A stretch of DNA of 64,000 bases from Thermoanaerobaculia bacterium (GCA_035498835.1 DATJZU010000144.1:654-64653), one strand, 5' to 3'; positions 8,793 through 17,715 are shown, counted from the stretch's first letter. Program-made: numbers and translations. Notes: a model not told the origin generated them from the sequence alone.

Positions 8793-10172
8793 ATGGCGTC
8801 GGAGCCGCGGAAGACGGGCCTCCTCGATTCGGCGTGGCTCTTCGCTCTGGCCGTCGCCGTCCACGTCCCCTACCTCCTCGGACGCCCGTTCTTTTTCGCC
8901 GACGATTTCGGGTTGCTCGCGGACGCGGATAATCTCACGTCGGGCGCGACCCGTTTCTTCGACGTGCCGGCCTGGGGCGTCTGGCGCCTCGGCCAGCGGG
9001 CGCTCTGGTGGGCCGGTTACCGCGCCTTCGGCCTCGACCCCCTCCCCTACGCGTGGCTGAGCGTCCTCCTCCACGGGGCGGTCGTCGTGGCGCTCGCGGC
9101 GCTGCTCCGGCGTCTCTCATGGAGCCGGACAGCCGTCCTCGCCGGAGCGGCGGTCTTCGCGACGCTCGCGGTGCCCGCGCTCGCGGTGCGGTACATGGTC
9201 CAGAGCGCGGTCCTCGTCGCCGCGCTCCTCGTGATCCTCGCCGCCATCGCGCACGACGCCGGCCGTGTCCGCGGGGCGACTCTCCTCTTTCTCGCCGCCG
9301 CCCTCTTCTACGAGCAGGCGCTCTGCGCGCCGCTCGTCTTCGCGGCGATCAACGTCTGGCGCGCGCGCAAGCCTTTCGCGGGCCTCGGCGCGCCGATCGC
9401 GGCCGCCGTCGCCTTCGTCGCCGTCAACCTCTGGACGCTCCGCCACGCGACGAAGATCTTCGCGTACAACAGCCTCGGCCTCGGAAAAGAGGCGCTGCGG
9501 CAGATCGTGTTCGCACCGTGGCTCGCGGCCGGCGTGCCGCCGGGCGCAACGATGCGGACCTCCAGCGCGGTTCTGCTCCTCGCGGCGACGGCCGCGATCG
9601 TCATCGTCGCGCTGCGCTGGCTCCCGGCGCGCGGCGTTCTCCTCGGCGCCGCCCTCGCGTGGATCGCGGCACTCCCTTACGCCGGACGAAACGTCGGCTG
9701 GTGGCCTCCCTACTACTTCTACCTGCCGGGCGCGGGGCTCGCCGCCGCCGTTTCGGCGCCGCGGGTCCGCCTCTGGCCGCTCGCCTGCCTCCCGCTCGTG
9801 GTCTGGAACGTCCGGAGCAATCTCGCGGGAGGCCGCGCGACGCTCGCCGAGATGCATCGGTACGAGCAGGTGACGCGCGAGACGTCTCCGCAGACCGGCG
9901 TGCCTTACGCGATTTTCGTCAACGTCAATTCGGGTCTCGCCTGGGCGGGCTGGCAATTCGGGGGGACGCTGCGGGCGTTCGAGCTGTGGGACGCCCCCGG
10001 GGGCGCCGCCCGCTGCTACACGGGAAGCGACCTCGGGGAGACGCGGCAGCGAATGCGGCGCGATTTCCCCGGCGCGGTCCGCCGCGGCCGCTGGCCCGAA
10101 GATCGGCCGCCGGCGCTCCGCGGCGCGCGACCGCCGGCCCGCCGGCGTCTCTTCGCCTGGCCCGCGGGCTGA
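8793..10172 (+). CDS. Polytopic membrane protein, GT-C-like / YfhO-ArnT-like putative glycosyltransferase
   Basis: ATG at 8793 gives MASEPRKTGLLDSAWLFALAVAVHVPYLL..FFADDFGLL, an acidic first-loop motif as in GT-C enzymes. It has more than 10 TM segments and a soluble C-terminal domain. The upstream part of ORF 8286..10172 is antisense to the previous gene. Confidence 0.5.
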   Translation: MASEPRKTGLLDSAWLFALAVAVHVPYLLGRPFFFADDFGLLADADNLTSGATRFFDVPAWGVWRLGQRALWWAGYRAFGLDPLPYAWLSVLLHGAVVVALAALLRRLSWSRTAVLAGAAVFATLAVPALAVRYMVQSAVLVAALLVILAAIAHDAGRVRGATLLFLAAALFYEQALCAPLVFAAINVWRARKPFAGLGAPIAAAVAFVAVNLWTLRHATKIFAYNSLGLGKEALRQIVFAPWLAAGVPPGATMRTSSAVLLLAATAAIVIVALRWLPARGVLLGAALAWIAALPYAGRNVGWWPPYYFYLPGAGLAAAVSAPRVRLWPLACLPLVVWNVRSNLAGGRATLAEMHRYEQVTRETSPQTGVPYAIFVNVNSGLAWAGWQFGGTLRAFELWDAPGGAARCYTGSDLGETRQRMRRDFPGAVRRGRWPEDRPPALRGARPPARRRLFAWPAG

Positions 10173-10177
10173 CCCGC

Positions 10178-11917
10178 CTACTGAAGGTAGCCGAGCGCCC
10201 GGAGGCGCCGCACCTGCTCCGAGACGTCCACCGGCTGGCCGGAACTCTTTCTCTCGTTGGCCACCCAGCTCGCCCATCCCGGGGCGAGCACGTCCGTCTG
10301 CGCGACGGGAAGGAGTTTCGCGCCCGCCGCCCGGAATTCCGCCGAGACGACGCCCAGGTCCGTCCGGTCCGGCACGAGCCACGCGCGCGCGGAACCGTCG
10401 TCGCGGATCGACACGCGCACCGCGTCGCCCGAGAACGCGAACGTCTCGTCGTCGCGCGGAAAGAACGGGACGAGGCGCGTCAGATCGCCCGCGTAGCGCA
10501 CGCTCCCCTCGATCCGGCCGCCCGATCCCCTCCCGCGCACCGCGACCCAGCGGCCCGGCAACGCCGGGGCGAAGCTCCGCAGCACGACGTCGCGCGCGGC
10601 GACGAGCGCCGACAGCGCCGCGGGTGTCGCCGCGAGGTTCGACTTCTCGCCGGGGTCCCGCGCGAGATCGAAAACCGCCTCCCGCGGCAGGAGGGCGCGC
10701 ACGCGCTCGTCGCCGAAGAGGTGATCCGTCACGGGAGGCGACGGCGCCGGTCCCTTGTTGAAGAAGATCGTCTGCGTCATTCCCGACATCACCGCGACGC
10801 GCAGCGGCCCGTACCGGTAGGTCTCCGCGAGGAACGTCCTCCCGGCGGGCGCCTCGCCGCCCGAAAGCGCCCGCGAGAGGTCCACGCCGCGCCAGGAAGC
10901 CGCGGCCGCGGGGTCCGCGATCTTCGCGCGCGCCGCGAGCGTCGGCAGCAGATCGATCAGCCCGACCGGCTGCGTGACGATGCGTCCCGCCGGAATGCCC
11001 GGCCCGGCCACGACCAGCGGCACGCGCAGCAGCTCCTCGTAGAGCGACCAGCCGTGACCGAGGAACCCGTGGTCCAGGAATTCCTCGCCGTGGTCTGCCA
11101 GGAAGACGACCGTCGTGCGCCGGCGAACCTCCGGTTCGAGGGCCGAGAGAACGCGCGTCAGGCCGCGGTCCACGAGCGCGACTTCCGCGGCGTAGAGCCG
11201 GCGCCACTCCGCGAGCGTCGCCGCGTCGGGGAGCGGGTTCTTGCCGTAGAAGGAGAGGCTCGCGTCGCCCGGAACCGGCGCCTTCGGATCTTTCGGGCGC
11301 TCCTCCGGCGGACAGTAGGGCGAGTGCGGATCGACGAAATGCACGTAGGCGAAGAACGGCCGGTGCTGCTCCCGACGCAGCCACAGAGCGGCGTGCTCGG
11401 CCGTCGTCAGAGCGTCCGTCCACATCGAGGCCTCGGTCGGCGGCGCCCAGAACGTGTCGAATCCCTGTGCAAACCCGTTGTCGCGGTTGACGAGCACGTT
11501 GGCGGAGAAGCCGCCGGTTGCGTATCCCTTTGCGCGGAAGAGCTCCGCCATCGTGACGGCGTCCTCCGGCAGACGCTGCGGGAGATCGGCCCAATCCGTG
11601 ACTTCGTGACACCAGCGTGACGTGAAGAGGGAGGCGACGGAGGGCAGCGTCCAGGACGACTGCGCCCGGGCCTGCGTGAACCGCACGCCCGAGGCGGCGA
11701 GCGCGTCGATTGCCGGCGTCTTCCCCGGCCCCGCGCCGAAGACGCCGACGGCGTCGAGCCGTACCGTGTCGCCCAGCACGATGAGGACGTTGCCGGGCAC
11801 CTCCGGCGCGCGGCGGCAGCCGCCGGCGAGGGCCGCCGTGAGGGCCGCGAGACCGAGCAGCGCCCCTCCAGGAAAGACCGCCCCGACGGTCCGGACGCTT
11901 CTCCTCGCGCGCGCCAT
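10178..11917 (-). CDS. Sulfatase (alkaline-phosphatase superfamily) lipoprotein
   Basis: 579 aa with a lipobox LAGGC. The sulfatase N-domain shows the metal/active-site region (VLGDTVRLDAVGVFG...SWTLPSVASLFTS) and conserved His/Lys blocks (ADHGEEFLDHGFLGHGWSLYEE). C-terminal RALGYLQ. Confidence 0.8.
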   Translation of the reverse strand: MARARRSVRTVGAVFPGGALLGLAALTAALAGGCRRAPEVPGNVLIVLGDTVRLDAVGVFGAGPGKTPAIDALAASGVRFTQARAQSSWTLPSVASLFTSRWCHEVTDWADLPQRLPEDAVTMAELFRAKGYATGGFSANVLVNRDNGFAQGFDTFWAPPTEASMWTDALTTAEHAALWLRREQHRPFFAYVHFVDPHSPYCPPEERPKDPKAPVPGDASLSFYGKNPLPDAATLAEWRRLYAAEVALVDRGLTRVLSALEPEVRRRTTVVFLADHGEEFLDHGFLGHGWSLYEELLRVPLVVAGPGIPAGRIVTQPVGLIDLLPTLAARAKIADPAAAASWRGVDLSRALSGGEAPAGRTFLAETYRYGPLRVAVMSGMTQTIFFNKGPAPSPPVTDHLFGDERVRALLPREAVFDLARDPGEKSNLAATPAALSALVAARDVVLRSFAPALPGRWVAVRGRGSGGRIEGSVRYAGDLTRLVPFFPRDDETFAFSGDAVRVSIRDDGSARAWLVPDRTDLGVVSAEFRAAGAKLLPVAQTDVLAPGWASWVANERKSSGQPVDVSEQVRRLRALGYLQ

Positions 11918-11972
11918 TTGCGCGCCGCAGAATAAACGATCGGGCGACGGCGGCCGGTCCGTCGCCCGCGAG

Positions 11973-12000
11973 CGAGCTATATCAGTTCTGATATAGCTCG
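11973..12000. promoter_or_regulatory. Perfect 13+13 bp inverted repeat cGAGCTATATCAG-tt-CTGATATAGCTCg (AT-rich core) in the divergent intergenic region
   Basis: Read directly from the sequence. It lies between the sulfatase start (11917, minus strand) and the ORF at 12122 (plus strand). The AT-rich dyad in a 70% GC genome suggests an operator for a dimeric regulator. It is preceded by a second GC hairpin at 11942..11966. Confidence 0.35.
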
Positions 12001-12121
12001 GCCATCGCGTGGCACCTTCGTGCCCGCGCCGATGGCACTGGAAGGCGATTGAACACTCATCAACCGTCGCCTACCCTGACATCAAAACGAGCATCGATTT
12101 CTGGGGAAGGAACGCAACCCG

Positions 12122-12481
12122 ATGATCTCCGGCAAGCCTCTGGCAGCGAGGACCGAGCCTTCGGCCCCTCCGATGAATCCCGGGCCGGCCACCCGGCCCG
12201 ACCAGCGTCCCATCGTGACCGAGCACGGCCTATCGGTCGCGTGGAGCGTCAAGCCGGAGCGCAACAAGACCCGGACGATCCTGTACGAGCGTCTCACCGG
12301 AGAGGCCGCGCGAGAACGCGCCCGGCAGCCCGAGCCGCGGGGCGCGGGGCTCCCGGCCGAGATCGTCGATCAGATCGAGTACATCGAGGTGTGGAGCACG
12401 CCGAACGAGCCCGTCGGCTACGACTTCCGCGGCTATTCCTTCGGCGGCGTCCTCATCGCGTCGCGCTCGACCCGCGCGTAG
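12122..12481 (+). CDS. Hypothetical protein
   Basis: 119-aa ORF with protein-like composition (…IEYIEVWSTPNEPVGYDFRGYSFGGVLIASR). Preferred over the overlapping arginine-rich 12049 frame. No recognisable motif. Confidence 0.35.
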   Translation: MISGKPLAARTEPSAPPMNPGPATRPDQRPIVTEHGLSVAWSVKPERNKTRTILYERLTGEAARERARQPEPRGAGLPAEIVDQIEYIEVWSTPNEPVGYDFRGYSFGGVLIASRSTRA

Positions 12482-12489
12482 CGCAATTC

Positions 12490-12524
12490 AGTTCTAAGTT
12501 CTAAGTTTTAAGTTCTAAGTTTCA
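12490..12524. repeat. Tandem heptamer microsatellite (AGTTCTA)x4-5
   Basis: The sequence AGTTCTA AGTTCTA AGTTTTA AGTTCTA AGTTTCA is seen directly. It lies between convergent 3' ends and overlaps the sodA stop codon. It is AT-rich (29% GC) in a 70% GC background. Confidence 0.6.
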
Positions 12525-13151
12525 TCGCGCGGCTCCCGCGAGGTCGAGCGTCGTCTCCCGCACGCTCTCGAACCGCTCGGCGATGTCCCGCCAGTTCCAG
12601 ACGTTCCAGATCGCCTCGAAAAACTCCTGCTTCCGGTTCTGGTACTGCAGATAGAAGGCGTGCTCCCACGCGTCGATCACCATGATCGGCAGGCCGCCCT
12701 GCGACAGGTTCGACTGGTGGTCGTAGATCTGTGTCGTCAGCAGACGCTTGCCGACGGGCTCCCAGACGAGCGCCGCCCAGCCCGATCCCATGATCGTCGC
12801 CGCCGTTTGCGTCATCTGCCGGCGGAACTTCTCGTAGCTGCCGAAATCGTGCGCGATGGCATCGGCGAGGCCGCCCTCCGGCCGTCCCGCGTTCTTCGGC
12901 GCGAGGTTCTTCCAGAAGAGCGAGTGGAGCACGTGTCCCGACAGATGGAAGGCGAGCGCCTTCTCGAGGCCGGGCAGGCGCGTGAAGTCTTCCTTGTCGC
13001 GCGCTTCGTCGAGCTTTTCGAGCGTCTCGTTGGCGCCCTTCACGTAGGCCGCGTGGTGCTTGTCGTGATGCAGCTCCATGATCTTTCCGGAGATGTTCGG
13101 CTCCAGGGCCGCGTAGTCGTAATCGAGATCGGGCAGCTGGTACGAGGACAT
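12522..13151 (-). CDS. sodA: Fe/Mn superoxide dismutase
   Basis: 209 aa [33 protein letters not shown]...[15 protein letters not shown]. Metal ligands His/His/Asp/His are present. RBS AGGAGA upstream. The long N-terminal extension of the supplied ORF (to 13589) is not protein-like and is rejected. Confidence 0.9.
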   Translation of the reverse strand: MSSYQLPDLDYDYAALEPNISGKIMELHHDKHHAAYVKGANETLEKLDEARDKEDFTRLPGLEKALAFHLSGHVLHSLFWKNLAPKNAGRPEGGLADAIAHDFGSYEKFRRQMTQTAATIMGSGWAALVWEPVGKRLLTTQIYDHQSNLSQGGLPIMVIDAWEHAFYLQYQNRKQEFFEAIWNVWNWRDIAERFESVRETTLDLAGAAR

Positions 13152-13236
13152 GGGTTTCGTTCTCCTTTCGCTCAGACGACTCGGGGATGCGTTTGGTCGA
13201 GGGTTCTTCGGATGATGCCGCCACGGCGTCGTTCCG

Positions 13237-13524
13237 GTGCAGAAAGTTCCGGAGCGCGATGCAAACCGCGTCGATCTCTCCGCTCTCCAGGCACGCGGCG
13301 TACTCCTCGTACGAGTCGGTCCTCTCGATGCGATAACGGCGCGACAGACGGCGCCGTTTCTCCGGATCGTCGGAAACGAGTGCCGCCAGACGCGACTTGC
13401 GGCGGGCGCGGGCGAATGCGGGAGGGATCGCCGATTGCGCGATGTCGCCGAGGCCGACGATGGCGTAGCGGACAAGCGCCGCCTTCCGAGAAAAGCCGCC
13501 CGCGCGAATCGACCCTTCCGGCAT
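13237..13524 (-). pseudogene. Truncated 5' fragment of a Gfo/Idh/MocA-family NAD(P) oxidoreductase (Rossmann N-domain only)
   Basis: The frame of ORF 12508..13635 reads [84 protein letters not shown]. This is a textbook Gfo/Idh/MocA N-terminus, but similarity stops at FLH (about residue 95) and the frame then runs into the sodA leader without the catalytic C-domain. Confidence 0.45.
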
Positions 13525-13624
13525 GCGCCCTCCGGCTTCCGTGCTCTGCAAGAACCAAACCCGGGCGCCCGCGCGGCCGCGGGTGGCACTCGAGTTGCAG
13601 TGGCCGGGCGTCGGGGACTTTTTC

Positions 13625-14119
13625 ATGAAGAGCAAGGCAGCCCTCGGAAACCATCCGATTCATCCCCTCCTCGTCCCGATCCCCATCGGCGCCTTCTTCC
13701 TGGTGCTGTGGGGAGACATCGCGCAACTCCTGAGCGACGACCCATTCTGGTACCGCTTCTCCGCCGTGGCGATCGGGGTCGGCGTCACGTTCGCCATCGC
13801 GGCGGCGGCCGCGGGCGCGGTCGACTACCTGACTCTGTCGATGCCGCCCAAGGCCGGCGGCATCGCGACATGGCACGCACTCGCGGCCGGCTCGGCCGTC
13901 CTCTTCTACGGAGCGAGCGCCGTGATTCGACAGAGCGGAGCGGGTTTTCGGACCGGTCGCTGGTGGGCCGGCGTCATTTCCTCGACGATCGGCTTCCTCC
14001 TTCTCGCCGTGGCCGGCTGGCTCGGCGGCAAGCTCGCGCATGAAGAGCGAATCGGCGTCGTCGAGCCGGAGGCCGAAGAGCCGGCGCCCGCGAAGTCCCG
14101 GGTGTCGCGCGCGAGCTGA
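13625..14119 (+). CDS. DUF2231-like small membrane protein
   Basis: MKSKAALGNHPIHPLLVPIPIGAFFLVLWGD... The HP(I/L)HP motif plus 4 TM helices, with a hydrophilic C-terminus. Confidence 0.5.
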   Translation: MKSKAALGNHPIHPLLVPIPIGAFFLVLWGDIAQLLSDDPFWYRFSAVAIGVGVTFAIAAAAAGAVDYLTLSMPPKAGGIATWHALAAGSAVLFYGASAVIRQSGAGFRTGRWWAGVISSTIGFLLLAVAGWLGGKLAHEERIGVVEPEAEEPAPAKSRVSRAS

Positions 14120-14319
14120 TGGCTTCCCCGCGCCGATTTCGGGCCCGCATTCCCGCCGAGCGGCTCCCTCGGCTCGCTCGCGCCGGAGCGTGCGCCGGGT
14201 TCCCTGCTCTCGATCGCCTCCGTCCGCCTCGGGGAGCGGCCTGTGAGTTCCCGCATCGAGTCCCGCGGGTGCCGGAGGCCGCTGCTTCCTGAGTCGCCGC
14301 GTCGCGAAAGGCCCGAGCT

Positions 14320-17274
14320 ATGCTCCGAAACAGTGGTGAGGAGTTGAGTCGCCGCGCCGGACTCCGCACGGCCCTCGGGATCGCGCTCGCGGCCGCATTG
14401 CTGTCCGTGCTGGTCTTCGTGACCGCGCGCAATGCGCGCGACCTGATCGAGGCCGGCCGGTGGGTGGAGCACGCGCGGAGCGTCCTCGACGACGTCGATG
14501 GGCTCGGCTCGGCTCTCGCGATGGCCGAGTCGAGCTCGCGCGGATACGCGCTCACCGGGCGAGCGGACCTCCTCGAACCGTTCGCCTCGAACGTCGGAGC
14601 GGCCGAGGGACACCTGCAGAGCCTCGAGAACCTGACGGCAGACAATCCCGACCAGCTGCGGCGCATCCGCGAGGTCGCCGCGCTGGCCAGCCAGAAGATC
14701 TCGGAAATGAAACGCGTCGTGGCGGAGCGGGACCGCGGCGGATTGGCGGCGGCCGCCGAGTCGGTCACGAGCGGCCCCGGGCTCGACGCCACGAACCGGA
14801 TCCGCCGGCTCAGCACAGACATCCGGGACGCCGAGAGCAAGCTCCTGAGCCGCCGGACCGGCACCTTCGAGCGGACGGCGCGCGCGACGCTCATCTCCCT
14901 CGCACTGGGAGCCGCGCTTCTCTTCTCCTTCCTCGCCCTCATCGGAGTGCTGCTGCGACTCGACCTGGCGCGGCGCGCCGAGGCCGAGCAGAAGCTCCGG
15001 CTCTCCGAGGAAGAGTTGCGCACGACGCTCCGGAGCATCGGCGACGGCGTCGTCGCGACCGACGACCGCGGATGCGTGACGCTCATGAATCCGCTCGCGG
15101 AGCGGCTGACGGGCTGGACGGAGACGGAGGCTCTGGGACGCGACGCCACGGAGATCTTTCACATCGTCAACGAGCGGACCCGGCAGCCCGTCGAGAGCCC
15201 GATCACGCGGGTCCTGCGCGAGGGCCTCGTCAGCGGACTCGCCAACCACACCGTGCTCATCGCGCGCGGCGGTGCCGAGGTCCCCATCGCCGACAGCGGC
15301 GCGCCGATCCGGGACGCGGCGGGGAGGCTCCGGGGAGCCGTCCTCGTTTTCCGGGACATCGGCGCGACGCGGCGTGCGGAGCTCCAGGCGAATCGCCTGG
15401 CGTCCATCGTCTCCTCGTCTGCGGACGCGATCGTCGGCGAGGCGCTCGACGGGACGATCACCGCCTGGAATGCAGCGGCCGAGCAGCTCTTCGGCTATTC
15501 GGCCTCGGAAGTGATGGGGCGGTCCGTCGCCCTCCTCGAGGCGCCGGGCTTCGAGGAAGCCACGGCCCAGCGCCTCGTCCGCGTACGCCGCGGGGAGCGC
15601 GTCCAACAGTACGACACGGTTCGGATGCATCGGGACGGCCGTCGCCTGGCGGTATCCGTCTCGATCTCCCCGATTTACGACGAGGCGGGCGAGGTCATCG
15701 GCGCGTCCAAGATCGTTCGGGACATCGCGGGGCGGAAGGACGCGGAGTCGGCGCTGCGCGCGAGCGAGGAACGCTTCCGGCTCCTCTCGGACTCCGTGTC
15801 TTCCCTCGTCTGGGTCTGCGACGAAAAGGGAATGGCAACGTATGTGAATCGACGGTGGCACGACTATTCGGGCCAGCTCAAGGACGACTGCCTCGAAGAG
15901 TTCTGGCAGAGAACCGTGCACCCCGATGACCTCCCGGCCTTCCTCGCGAAGTGGCAGGTCTCGGTGGCGACCGGGACGCCCTTCGAGGCCGAAGCGCGCT
16001 TTCGCCGACAGGACGGCTCCTATCGCTGGTTCGTGGCCCGTTCGGCGCGGATTCCGAGCCGCTCCGGCCCGATCTGGGTCGGCACCGCCGCGGACATCGA
16101 CGACCTCAAGAACACCGCCGAGGCGCTGCGGTCGGCCAAGGAGGCCGCGGAGGAGGCGGCGCACGCGAAGGACCGGTTCCTCGCGGTGCTTTCGCACGAG
16201 CTGCGGACCCCTCTGACGCCGGCGCTCGCGGTCTCGCAAGTCCTCGAGCGCCGCGGCGACCTGCCCGGCGACGTGAAAGATTCCGTGTCCCTCATTCGCC
16301 GCAACGTCGAGCTCGAGGTGCTGCTCGTGGACGACCTGCTCGATCTCACGAAGATCGCCCGCGGCATGGTCGAGCTGAAGCGCCAGACCGTGGACGTCCA
16401 TGAGCTCCTGCAGCAGGTCGTCGACATCTGCCGCAGCGACCTGAACGGACGGCGTCAGAACCTCGCGCTCGAGCTCGGCGCGGCGGAGCACCATGTCGAC
16501 GCCGATGCGGCGCGCCTTCAGCAAGTCTTCTGGAACCTGCTGAAGAACGCGATCAAGTTCACGCCCGTCGGAGGCTCGATCGCGGTCCGGTCGGAGACCG
16601 CCGAGCCCGGGCGGATGCGCATCGTCGTGACCGATTCGGGCATCGGCATTCCCGCGGGCATCCTCCCCCGGATCTTCGAGCCGTTCGAGCGCGGACCCAA
16701 GACCGTCAGCCCGCGCGCCTCCGGACTCGGGCTGGGCCTGTCGATCTCCCGAACGCTGGTCGAGCTTCATGGCGGAAGCATTCACGCCGACAGCGAAGGC
16801 GAGGGGCGGGGAGCCACCTTCACGGTGGAGCTGGCGTCGTTCGTCGAGAAGGGTGTCACCGTCAGCGCGAGACGTCAGGCCGCGCGTCGGGCGCGCAAGT
16901 TCTCGATCCTCCTCGTCGAGGACCATGCGGACACCGCCGGCGCCCTCGGCCAGCTCCTGCAGGAAGAAGGCCATCGCGTCACGGTGGCCGACTCGGTGGG
17001 CGCCGCCCTCGAGGCCTTTCGCGCGGTTCCGACGGACCTGCTCATCACGGACCTCGGACTGCCGGATGGCAGCGGTCACGACCTCCTTGCGCGGTTGCGC
17101 CAGATCCGCCCCGTCCAGGGAATCGTCCTCTCGGGGTACGGCATGGACGCGGACGTCGCCAAGAGCAAGGCCGCCGGGTTCGCCTTTCACCTGACGAAGC
17201 CCGTGCCCATCGGTCGACTTCTTCGGACTCTCGACGACCTCGGGTCGGAGGCCGAGGCCGAGGCGGCCGGCTGA
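14320..17274 (+). CDS. Hybrid sensor histidine kinase: CHASE3 periplasmic sensor, TM helix, 3 PAS domains, HisKA, HATPase_c and a C-terminal receiver domain
   Basis: 984 aa. It has a CHASE3-like N-terminus between two TM helices. PAS repeats follow (TLRSIGDGVVATDD..., IVSSSADAIVGEALDGTITAWNAAAEQLFGYS, LLSDSVSSLVWVCDEKG). The H-box is LAVLSHELRTPLTP. The N/G1/G2 boxes are present (NLLKNAIKFTP, DSGIGIP, GLGLGLSISR). The REC domain (ILLVEDH...DLGLPDGSG...HLTKP) is present. Confidence 0.85.
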   Translation: MLRNSGEELSRRAGLRTALGIALAAALLSVLVFVTARNARDLIEAGRWVEHARSVLDDVDGLGSALAMAESSSRGYALTGRADLLEPFASNVGAAEGHLQSLENLTADNPDQLRRIREVAALASQKISEMKRVVAERDRGGLAAAAESVTSGPGLDATNRIRRLSTDIRDAESKLLSRRTGTFERTARATLISLALGAALLFSFLALIGVLLRLDLARRAEAEQKLRLSEEELRTTLRSIGDGVVATDDRGCVTLMNPLAERLTGWTETEALGRDATEIFHIVNERTRQPVESPITRVLREGLVSGLANHTVLIARGGAEVPIADSGAPIRDAAGRLRGAVLVFRDIGATRRAELQANRLASIVSSSADAIVGEALDGTITAWNAAAEQLFGYSASEVMGRSVALLEAPGFEEATAQRLVRVRRGERVQQYDTVRMHRDGRRLAVSVSISPIYDEAGEVIGASKIVRDIAGRKDAESALRASEERFRLLSDSVSSLVWVCDEKGMATYVNRRWHDYSGQLKDDCLEEFWQRTVHPDDLPAFLAKWQVSVATGTPFEAEARFRRQDGSYRWFVARSARIPSRSGPIWVGTAADIDDLKNTAEALRSAKEAAEEAAHAKDRFLAVLSHELRTPLTPALAVSQVLERRGDLPGDVKDSVSLIRRNVELEVLLVDDLLDLTKIARGMVELKRQTVDVHELLQQVVDICRSDLNGRRQNLALELGAAEHHVDADAARLQQVFWNLLKNAIKFTPVGGSIAVRSETAEPGRMRIVVTDSGIGIPAGILPRIFEPFERGPKTVSPRASGLGLGLSISRTLVELHGGSIHADSEGEGRGATFTVELASFVEKGVTVSARRQAARRARKFSILLVEDHADTAGALGQLLQEEGHRVTVADSVGAALEAFRAVPTDLLITDLGLPDGSGHDLLARLRQIRPVQGIVLSGYGMDADVAKSKAAGFAFHLTKPVPIGRLLRTLDDLGSEAEAEAAG

Positions 17275-17298
17275 CCGCGCGATCCTGTAGAAAAGAAT

Positions 17299-17325
17299 AA
17301 GGGCGGGCCCGAAGGCCCGCCCTTG
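17299..17325. terminator. Bidirectional GC hairpin between convergent genes (AAGGGCGGGCC-cgaag-GGCCCGCCCTT)
   Basis: Perfect 11-bp stem seen in the sequence, 25 nt after the kinase stop and 20 nt after the stop of the minus-strand small gene. Confidence 0.5.
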
Positions 17326-17344
17326 GAAACATCGAACGGACGAC

Positions 17345-17551
17345 TTACTCGGAATCGTCCGAGCCGGTGCCCTTGTGCTGTGAGCGGGGCTGGCTGCCCG
17401 GATAATTCTCGGTACCCGAGCCTCCCTGGCCTTGACGCCCGGGCTCATTGCCCTGACGTCCCGGTTCTCCCGAGCGCTGACCGGACTTGTTGTCCGGATC
17501 GTCTTTGCGGAACTTGTCGTCGCGGCGCTTGAGATCTTCTCTCTCTGCCAT
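17345..17551 (-). CDS. Small hydrophilic Gly/Gln-rich protein, KGG/YciG-like stress-protein candidate
   Basis: 68 aa MAEREDLKRRDDKFRKDDPDNKSGQRSGEPGRQGNEPGRQGQGGSGTENYPGSQPRSQHKGTGSDDSE. A strong SD AGGAGGAGACG precedes the ATG. It is the C-terminal in-frame part of an otherwise artefactual 377-aa ORF. Confidence 0.5.
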   Translation of the reverse strand: MAEREDLKRRDDKFRKDDPDNKSGQRSGEPGRQGNEPGRQGQGGSGTENYPGSQPRSQHKGTGSDDSE

Positions 17552-17681
17552 CGTCTCCTCCTGGAAATGCGCGCGAGGCTCCATTGCCGAGCGCGCCGTG
17601 GGTTGTGCAAGAAATGTTCCGCCGAAGCGGTGGCAACCGAATTGCAAAAACGCTTTCCGCCCTGTCGGTTCTTTCCACCCC

Positions 17682-17715
17682 GGCCGCGAGCGACCCGCTC
17701 GCGGCCCTTTTTTCC
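17682..17715 (+). terminator. Orphan rho-independent terminator (GGCCGCGAGCG-accc-GCTCGCGGCC + CTTTTTTCC) with no annotated plus-strand gene upstream
   Basis: Hairpin plus T-tract read directly. The 440-bp stretch 17552..17995 has no convincing ORF on either strand. Confidence 0.45.

Noticed and set aside
12049-12504. 151-aa ORF overlapping the 12122 ORF in another frame
   Set aside because: Arginine-rich and low-complexity. The 12122 frame has more protein-like composition.
12522-13589. N-terminal 146-codon extension of the sodA ORF
   Set aside because: The extension is not protein-like. The SD + ATG at 13151 gives a canonical 209-aa SodA.
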